Positions 57,779 through 64,000 of a stretch of DNA of 64,000 nucleotides are shown here, one piece after another (position 1 is the first letter of the stretch; each line of letters begins with the position of its first letter). The notes below the pieces were generated by a model. That model made no database searches. It was given only the letters and a program-made list of their open reading frames with translations, and had not been told where the DNA came from. The DNA lies in sequence record MZ234035.1. One strand, given 5' to 3'. The translations under genes and the position numbers were made by a program. The stretch is from Escherichia phage vB_EcoM-G3F7.

Positions 57779-58414
57779 ATGTCTAAAGTAACTTACATCA
57801 TCAAAGCTTCTAACGATATTCTGAATGAAAAAACTGCTGCGATTTTAATTACCATTGCTAAGAAAGATTTCATTACAGCTGCAGAAGTTCGTGAGGTGCA
57901 TCCAGATTTAGGCAATGCAGTAGTTAATAGTAATATTGGGGTATTGATTAAAAAAGGCCTGGTGGAGAAATCTGGTGATGGATTAATCATTACTGGTGAA
58001 GCTCAGGATATTATTTCAAATGCAGCAACTTTATACGCACAGGAAAACGCTCCGGAACTGCTGAAAAAACGAGCAACTCGTAAAGCTCGCGAAATTACTT
58101 CTGATATGGAAGAAGATAAAGACTTCATGTTAAAACTTTTAGATGAAAATGGATTTGTTCTTAAAAAGGTTGAAACTTACCGCAGTAACTATCTCGCTAT
58201 TTTAGAAAAACGCACTCACGGAATTCGTAATTTTGAAATTAACAACAATGGAAATATGCGAATTTTTGGATACAAAATGATGGAACATCATATTCAGAAA
58301 TTTACTGACATCGGAATGTCATGTAAAATCGCTAAAAACGGTAATGTGTATCTTGACATTAAACGTTCGGCAGAAAACATTGAAGCTGTAATCACTGTAG
58401 CATCTGAACTGTGA
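57779..58414 (+). CDS. motA: middle-transcription activator MotA
   Basis: 211 aa; N-terminus MSKVTYIIKASNDILNEKTAAILITIAKKDF; matches T4 MotA. Confidence 0.9.
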   Translation: MSKVTYIIKASNDILNEKTAAILITIAKKDFITAAEVREVHPDLGNAVVNSNIGVLIKKGLVEKSGDGLIITGEAQDIISNAATLYAQENAPELLKKRATRKAREITSDMEEDKDFMLKLLDENGFVLKKVETYRSNYLAILEKRTHGIRNFEINNNGNMRIFGYKMMEHHIQKFTDIGMSCKIAKNGNVYLDIKRSAENIEAVITVASEL

Positions 58415-58424
58415 GGAATAAATA

Positions 58425-58754
58425 ATGAACAAGTTAGAAATTGTCAATGAACTTCGTCGTTGTGTAGAACCTACTCAAGAGGGTTGGGACATCTGGTACC
58501 ATGGAGCTTATCTTGGAACTATCGTAAAGATTAAGACTGGCAAATACATGATTATTCGTGAAAGTAAAGATGCTCCAGTAGGTATTCGCAATAATTTCAT
58601 GGCAGCTATAAGTTCCTTTATGGATTCAGCTTACGAAATTTACCTTGCTGATTATAAAGAATTCCATGAATCTCAACCAGTTATTCGCTCAATTGGTGTT
58701 AACAAAGCTCAACAGAAAACTTTATGGCAACGTATTAAAGGATGGTTTAAATGA
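58425..58754 (+). CDS. hypothetical protein (motA.1 position)
   Basis: 109-aa ORF. Confidence 0.5.
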   Translation: MNKLEIVNELRRCVEPTQEGWDIWYHGAYLGTIVKIKTGKYMIIRESKDAPVGIRNNFMAAISSFMDSAYEIYLADYKEFHESQPVIRSIGVNKAQQKTLWQRIKGWFK

Positions 58755-58906
58755 AAACATTTAAAATTGTCGTAGAATTTTATAACGGCGAAGGTGTAGT
58801 CCATCTTAAAGCGGCCAACCAGTTTGATGCGGTAAGAGTATATTGTCAATGCTTTGAAAGTTCTAAACAAGCTATAAAAATTAAAAGTGTTGAGGAAACC
58901 AAATGA
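58751..58906 (+). CDS. small hypothetical protein
   Basis: 51-aa ORF; ATGA overlaps at both ends. Confidence 0.35.
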   Translation: MKTFKIVVEFYNGEGVVHLKAANQFDAVRVYCQCFESSKQAIKIKSVEETK

Positions 58907-59370
58907 AAACCTTCAAAGAGCGTCTTGAATTATTAGACCTGGCTTTATTACGTGAAACTCCAGAAAGTCTAGCAGCTAAATTACAGGCCTATGGCGACTA
59001 CACCGAATATACGGAAGAGGATGTTTTAGAAGAGGTTCCTGAAATCTGTTGGCAAGTAGCTCATTGGAACAATAATGAAAAATATCAACGTCGAATTGTG
59101 TGTGCAGCCAACCGCTTTAAGTTAAAAGATGGTGGGACTCTGGTTATTCCTGGTGCTCGTCATTATTCTAAAGATATGGCTGAAGTTCTTGACCAGGTAA
59201 GTGATAAACTTGTATCAGACCATGTTTGTGGTGAAGACCAAGGATTTATTGACCAGTATAGCAATTACTGGACACGTGAAGAAGCAATGATTATTGCAAC
59301 TTACGCTGGACAAGTGCGTATTGAACGTGGTGGTAGTGAAAAAGAACTTTACTCTGAGGACCTTTACTAA
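58903..59370 (+). CDS. hypothetical protein
   Basis: 155-aa ORF; no motif recognised. Confidence 0.5.
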   Translation: MKTFKERLELLDLALLRETPESLAAKLQAYGDYTEYTEEDVLEEVPEICWQVAHWNNNEKYQRRIVCAANRFKLKDGGTLVIPGARHYSKDMAEVLDQVSDKLVSDHVCGEDQGFIDQYSNYWTREEAMIIATYAGQVRIERGGSEKELYSEDLY

Positions 59371-59666
59371 TGAATATTAAAAAGTTTCAAATTGATGGAA
59401 TTAAGAATCAAATCCAGGCGTTGGAATATGCCAATAAAATGATGTCAACTAATTGGGGAATTTATACAAATGAACCGGCATTTCAGTTCTGTGATATGGA
59501 ATTCACTAAAAAGCTCGTAGGAAAAGATTATGTATGCCCATTTAGTTTTCCGGTAAATGGAATGCTAAAACCTGCTTTACGCGATCTTTATATTGCGATG
59601 AACGAAGAAATGATAAAAGAATTAAAACGTCAACTGAAGGTGATTCAATTTGGCCAGGGAAATTAA
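59370..59666 (+). CDS. hypothetical protein
   Basis: 98-aa ORF; TAATG overlap with upstream ORF. Confidence 0.5.
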   Translation: MNIKKFQIDGIKNQIQALEYANKMMSTNWGIYTNEPAFQFCDMEFTKKLVGKDYVCPFSFPVNGMLKPALRDLYIAMNEEMIKELKRQLKVIQFGQGN

Positions 59667-59868
59667 TTCAAAATCTGATTATTTTAATTCTCTCAATGAT
59701 AAAGATAAAAATCTAATACGGCATTTTATTGTTGAGATGGGATATACTGATACACGTGATTTAAGAGAACATATATTTGAATGTGGTGTAGCTAAAAAGT
59801 TTTCATTCACATGCAAATGTTTAAGAGAGGTAATTCAGCATTATGAACAATTTAGTCGCAAAACATAA
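59650..59868 (+). CDS. hypothetical protein
   Basis: 72-aa ORF with non-ATG start in track. Confidence 0.4.
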   Translation: MAREINSKSDYFNSLNDKDKNLIRHFIVEMGYTDTRDLREHIFECGVAKKFSFTCKCLREVIQHYEQFSRKT

Positions 59869-59951
59869 TTTTAATAAAGCTTCTGTCCATAAAGATAAGA
59901 AGAAAGCGTTTAAAGAATCTAATCGCAAACAGAAACATAAGGGGAAGGTCT

Positions 59952-60230
59952 ATGATTATTGATTCTCAATCTGTGGTTCAATATACAATCAAAATTGATA
60001 TTCTAGAAAAGCTATATAAGTTTCTACCAAATTTATACCACTCAATTGTTAATGAATTAGTTGAAGAACTACATCTTGAGAATAATGATTTCTTGATTGG
60101 AACTTATAAAGACCTCTCAAAAGCAGGATATTTTTACGTAATTCCAGCTCCAGGAAAAAGTATTGATGATGTATTAAAAACTATAATGATTTATGTCCAT
60201 GATTATGAAATTGAAGATTATTTCGAATGA
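59952..60230 (+). CDS. arn: anti-restriction protein Arn-like
   Basis: 92-aa acidic ORF after GGGGAAGG RBS; size and position match T4 arn. Confidence 0.55.
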   Translation: MIIDSQSVVQYTIKIDILEKLYKFLPNLYHSIVNELVEELHLENNDFLIGTYKDLSKAGYFYVIPAPGKSIDDVLKTIMIYVHDYEIEDYFE

Positions 60231-60379
60231 GTTATAATCTTGAAATGGTAATCGAGCATAATGTAGCTCAGGAACGTGAGTCGTTCAAGGAATTCGTAGA
60301 AAAAATTTTTGAAGAAAATAACACAGACCAGTTTACAAATCAAACGTCTGATGATATTATAACAAAGTCAACTAATTGA
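60227..60379 (+). CDS. small hypothetical acidic protein
   Basis: 50-aa ORF; ATGA overlap with arn stop. Confidence 0.3.
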   Translation: MSYNLEMVIEHNVAQERESFKEFVEKIFEENNTDQFTNQTSDDIITKSTN

Positions 60380-60392
60380 GTGGTATAAGTTA

Positions 60393-60665
60393 ATGAATAA
60401 AAATATTGATACAGTTCGTGAAATTATTACTGTTGCGTCTATTTTGATTAAATTTTCCAGAGAAGATATTGTTGAGAATCGCGCTAATTTTATTGCATTT
60501 CTGAATGAGATTGGAGTAACGCATGAAGGTAGAAAGTTAAATCAGAATTCATTCCGTAAAATTGTTTCTGAATTAACTCAAGAAGATAAGAAAACCCTCA
60601 TCGACGAATTCAACGAGGGTTTTGAGGGTGTATATCGATATCTAGAGATGTATACGAACAAATAA
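60393..60665 (+). CDS. asiA: anti-sigma70 factor AsiA
   Basis: 90 aa; MNKNIDTVREIITVASILIKFSREDIVENRANFIAFLNEIG...; matches T4 AsiA. Confidence 0.9.
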   Translation: MNKNIDTVREIITVASILIKFSREDIVENRANFIAFLNEIGVTHEGRKLNQNSFRKIVSELTQEDKKTLIDEFNEGFEGVYRYLEMYTNK

Positions 60666-61322
60666 TTATTTAGCCCTTCCTAATATTCTGGCCGCCTGAG
60701 CACATATTGATTCAAGGCGGTCATTACTTATATGATCATTTCTATACCAGTACATGGTTATTGTTCCAGCATAGATATTATCCAAATTAAAATATGGACA
60801 ACTGTACATGTAGTTTATTTCGGGAGTAGGCTTTTTAGTTGGTAAAAAAGCAAATTTTGAGTCGGAATAATAATGACGTCCATTTAAATGAACTGTATAT
60901 TCATCCATAGTTTTATCAACAGGATATCCTCCAAGTGATTTTTCACTTATTGTTGAAGGTAATTTTCCTTCATATGCTATAATATCAACAAAATAGTTTA
61001 AGTTTTTAGGGCGGAAAGAATACACCGCACTAAAGTCTGCCTCAGATGATATATGAACTATCTGGAGTTGTTCCAGGGCGACAGATTCAAAGCGTGCATT
61101 TCTTTCCTTTTCAATAATTTCACTGTATGTTTCATACTTTGATTGCTTATAGTACTCAAAGAAACTATCTCCCCTATACCAAACAATCGCCATCATAAAT
61201 AAAAGAATTACGACAGCTACCCGGGAAGCAAGAACTTTCCCGGTAGCGTTATCTTTGAACAAGCGATCTAGAACACCAAACAGAATACCAGAGGGCGAAA
61301 ATGATATTCTAGGTGCTGCCAT
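60666..61322 (-). CDS. t: holin T
   Basis: 218 aa; N-terminal TM segment and large periplasmic domain; matches T4 holin. Confidence 0.9.
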   Translation of the reverse strand: MAAPRISFSPSGILFGVLDRLFKDNATGKVLASRVAVVILLFMMAIVWYRGDSFFEYYKQSKYETYSEIIEKERNARFESVALEQLQIVHISSEADFSAVYSFRPKNLNYFVDIIAYEGKLPSTISEKSLGGYPVDKTMDEYTVHLNGRHYYSDSKFAFLPTKKPTPEINYMYSCPYFNLDNIYAGTITMYWYRNDHISNDRLESICAQAARILGRAK

Positions 61323-61352
61323 AGACCCTCCTTTTAAGGGTATTTATTCACA

Positions 61353-62107
61353 TTATACTCTTGGACCATATATTGCTCCAACATTTTGCCATGTTGGAGC
61401 GGACCCTATGACAGCATAACCAGCAGCGCCGCCATTATATTCAGATCCTTGACCGCGAATATTGCATCTACCTCCCGCGGAACCTACTTCACCACCGTTT
61501 CCACCATTATAGATACCATTCACGGATCCTGAGCCAGGTGCAGAAATAGAATAGATCCTCCTGGCGCACCAAAAGGACGACCGCCACCACCACCAAAGGT
61601 CAATCTCATTCGTGAAAAAGGAGAATAATATCCGCCGCCGCCACCGCCGCCACCGCCTGCAATAGCTCCGCCATTATTAATTCTTAGTCTCCCACCAATA
61701 TCGTTTTGAATACAATGACCTCCAGCTGAGCCAGGACTATTGCTACCGCCATTACCTCCACGACCATACATCGTTACGCCATGTATATTTAACTGAACAT
61801 ATTCATTTGGTGTATCTCCGTACATGAAGAATAAAGGAACATCTTTAGAATAAGAAACGATATCACCAACAATATTGAATACAATAGGTGCACCGCCAGC
61901 TTCAAAGCATCTATCACGGAACCACTGACCATTAAAATTGTGGTTTGCTCCTACAGTATGAATAATTTCTCGTGAGCGACCTGCAAATTGACTCATCCAG
62001 CAAGGAACACCCAATCTTAATTGACCAGCCGCTTGACTCATCCAGCGCTGTCCTGTTTCATTTGCGGCTGAACTTCCAATCCAACCAGGAACACCAACTA
62101 CTGCCAT
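61353..62107 (-). CDS. 38: long tail fibre adhesin gp38 (T2-type, Gly-rich), apparent frameshift
   Basis: N-terminal 195 codons ([13 protein letters not shown]..., poly-Gly) stop at 61520; Gly-rich C-terminal part continues in another frame to stop 61353-61355. Confidence 0.8.
61632..61658 (-). repeat. GC-rich triplet repeat encoding poly-Gly in gp38
   Basis: CCGCCGCCGCCACCGCCGCCACCGCC tract in an AT-rich genome. Confidence 0.6.
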
Positions 62108-62122
62108 AATTTATACTCCAAA

Positions 62123-62137
62123 GGGGGCATTTCCCCC
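62123..62137 (-). other. GC stem-loop between genes 37 and 38
   Basis: GGGGG-5 nt-CCCCC in the 36-nt gap between gp37 stop and gp38 RBS. Confidence 0.4.
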
Positions 62138-62143
62138 TTGTTG

Positions 62144-64000
62144 TTAGAATTTAAAATATTTACTAATTTTGCGAGCAATTTTAGTAAAGAGAGGCGTTTT
62201 CAATTCTTTAATTTCTTCACTCATTTCCTGAATAGCCTTAATTAAAAGAGCATTCACAGCAGAGTTAGAAATTGTCAGAACATCAGATCCATCAACTTCA
62301 ACTTTAGATACAGCTTCCGGTAATTCCTTTTCAAGGTCCTGAGCAATAATACCAACTTCACGTTTAATAACACTACGGTCTTTAATAGACTTAACTTTAT
62401 CGTAAATATAAACTTTCAGTCGGCAAACTTTTTCGACTGCTCCATATTCTAATTCTTCTTTATTAATCTTGAGACGGGAGTCAGAACGAATATACACATC
62501 GCTAAAGCTACCATTTCCTGGTGTATAAAAGAATCCATCATGATGGAATTCAAACACAGCTTGTGGGTGTCCAGCATCAGGAGAAGCCTCCGTGGATCCG
62601 ACACGAATGATTGCTTGCCCCCACTGTGATGGAATACGACGCATACCAAAGTCAACAGCGGTGCTATATCCTTGATTGGTTATAACGCTTCTTGCTTTAA
62701 GAATAGGATAATAACTATCTTGACCAACATAACCATGATCAACGAATAATGGAGCTTCTACTCGCCATTGGTTGCCCCAATCACCCGGTTGTCTAGCAAT
62801 CCATCCAGAACCGTTAATGTGTACACGGTCACGGTTAACGTTAACCATTGCGGTATTTTGCGGGTTTAACGCAATCTCACCATTGTTTGTGATATGTACT
62901 GCCGCCTGAGAAGCATAGCTATAAAATGCTAGCGAATTATCAGCACCACCCTTGCCAATATACCAGTTACCAGTCCCGTCTATGTCACCGCGAATATGCA
63001 AAGAATTACTAGCAGTTGTTGATAATACAATAGAATCATTAGGTGCATTGATTGTTAACCGACCTGTCATCGTATCACCGCCTTTACCTAGGCGAGTATT
63101 CAAGGCAGCATCTAAATTGGTTGCATCGTTGTATTTCTTCCAGATTGAACCAGCAATGTTACCATCAGTGTTCAAGAATGCTGCGCCAGCATAAACTCGG
63201 CTTTGTGACATGAATCGGCCAGACGGCAAGAAACGCCATATAGCTAATTCAGTGGCTGTAGTTCCAGTAGCGGATAAATCACCCTGAGCAACGATACGAT
63301 ATTCTGAACTAGCAATATCCATACCAGAAGCCATAGTAATATTTGTTACAGTGTTTTTCTGTTTAACAATTGGCGCAAACTGGTTTTTATTTGAATCGTC
63401 AATAGCCTGATATAATGGCGCAATGGTAGTATTCTGATTTGCGTAAGTATTAGAACCAGAACCGCTAGCAGGGGCTTGAATATATGCTCCTGGAGCAAGT
63501 GAAATTTTCTGATTAGCACCAAGATTAACAGCAGCAGTGATATTCAGCAATCCCCTAAAGTTTTGTTGAGCAGTCCAAGTGTGTGATCCGTCTTCAAGAA
63601 CAACACGACGACAAGTATTAGTCCTACTTCCTGGATTACCAGCGATACGAACAACGAAATAACGATAGTTCGCCTGAGATACAGTACCGCGCCACACTTG
63701 AACAGTTCGACCCGTTCCGGTATGTTCGCTAGGACCGACAGAAAACATAACCAGGTTTCCATCAATCGTGCCCCAATCCATATTTGCTGGCATATTCTTT
63801 ATTTTGTTCAAAGGAACACTAAACATACTACCAGGGACAAAATCAAAGGTTTGCCAATCTAACTCCGCTAATTGAGCTTTAATACCACCCATACCCAAAG
63901 TAATTGGCAGAGAATAAGATGTATATACTTCGTTCCATGCACCCCACGCACCACCAGTATATGCACGCTCAAAAATACGATCGCGAGTAGTTGCACCCGT
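62144..64000 (-). CDS. 37: long tail fibre distal subunit gp37, 3' portion (5' end beyond window)
   Basis: Frame open from window edge to stop 62144-62146; Ser/Thr/Gly/Asn-rich fibre repeats; C-terminal chaperone-like domain. Confidence 0.85.
   Translation of the reverse strand, partial: TGATTRDRIFERAYTGGAWGAWNEVYTSYSLPITLGMGGIKAQLAELDWQTFDFVPGSMFSVPLNKIKNMPANMDWGTIDGNLVMFSVGPSEHTGTGRTVQVWRGTVSQANYRYFVVRIAGNPGSRTNTCRRVVLEDGSHTWTAQQNFRGLLNITAAVNLGANQKISLAPGAYIQAPASGSGSNTYANQNTTIAPLYQAIDDSNKNQFAPIVKQKNTVTNITMASGMDIASSEYRIVAQGDLSATGTTATELAIWRFLPSGRFMSQSRVYAGAAFLNTDGNIAGSIWKKYNDATNLDAALNTRLGKGGDTMTGRLTINAPNDSIVLSTTASNSLHIRGDIDGTGNWYIGKGGADNSLAFYSYASQAAVHITNNGEIALNPQNTAMVNVNRDRVHINGSGWIARQPGDWGNQWRVEAPLFVDHGYVGQDSYYPILKARSVITNQGYSTAVDFGMRRIPSQWGQAIIRVGSTEASPDAGHPQAVFEFHHDGFFYTPGNGSFSDVYIRSDSRLKINKEELEYGAVEKVCRLKVYIYDKVKSIKDRSVIKREVGIIAQDLEKELPEAVSKVEVDGSDVLTISNSAVNALLIKAIQEMSEEIKELKTPLFTKIARKISKYFKF

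Noticed and set aside
61632-61658. GC-rich CCGCCGCCGCCACCGCC tract as a regulatory or structural element
   Set aside because: It is in frame within gene 38 and encodes a poly-Gly stretch typical of this adhesin.
1-64000. tRNA genes, rRNA genes, integrase or prophage attachment sites
   Set aside because: No cloverleaf-like conserved tRNA sequences recognised and no recombinase ORF; the T4 tRNA cluster lies outside this map interval.

Overview
This window reads as a ~64-kb slice of a T-even (T4-like, Tequatrovirus-type) myovirus genome, shown as the reverse complement of the conventional T4 map. No database search was possible; gene calls rest on protein sequences and motifs I recognise, on lengths matching T4 proteins as I recall them, and on synteny. 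Genes labelled only by T4 map position are tentative. The + strand carries the early/middle genes in T4 transcript order: nrdC-region ORFs, nrdC, pin, 49, nrdD, a free-standing GIY-YIG endonuclease, nrdG, nrdH, 55, agt, 47, 46, rpbA, 45, 44, 62, regA, 43, imm, 42, a glycosyltransferase, uvsX, 40, 41, dmd, sp, 61, 56, segF, soc, modB, modA, dda, dexA, motB, 39, rIIA, rIIB, denB, ndd, stp, 52, motA, arn and asiA. The - strand carries the late genes t, 38 and the 3' part of 37, which runs off the window edge. Many T4-type early promoters (GTTTAC, 18-nt spacer, TATAAT-like), MotA-box middle promoters and GGGC-UUCG-GCCC terminator hairpins are visible. Several traits point to a T2/T6-like phage rather than T4 itself: gene 39 is one 606-codon ORF with no gene 60 split; nrdD has no intron; gp38 is the long Gly-rich adhesin type; a DxD glycosyltransferase sits where T4 has beta-gt; and no dam gene lies between 61 and 56. 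I did not find a clearly novel multi-gene system. The most notable items are apparent frameshifts in nrdG and in the gp38 adhesin gene, the endonuclease at the nrdD/nrdG junction, a short antisense membrane ORF where T4 has dam, repeated early-promoter cassettes flanking small unknown ORFs, and tandem paralog arrays. No tRNA, rRNA or CRISPR array was found.
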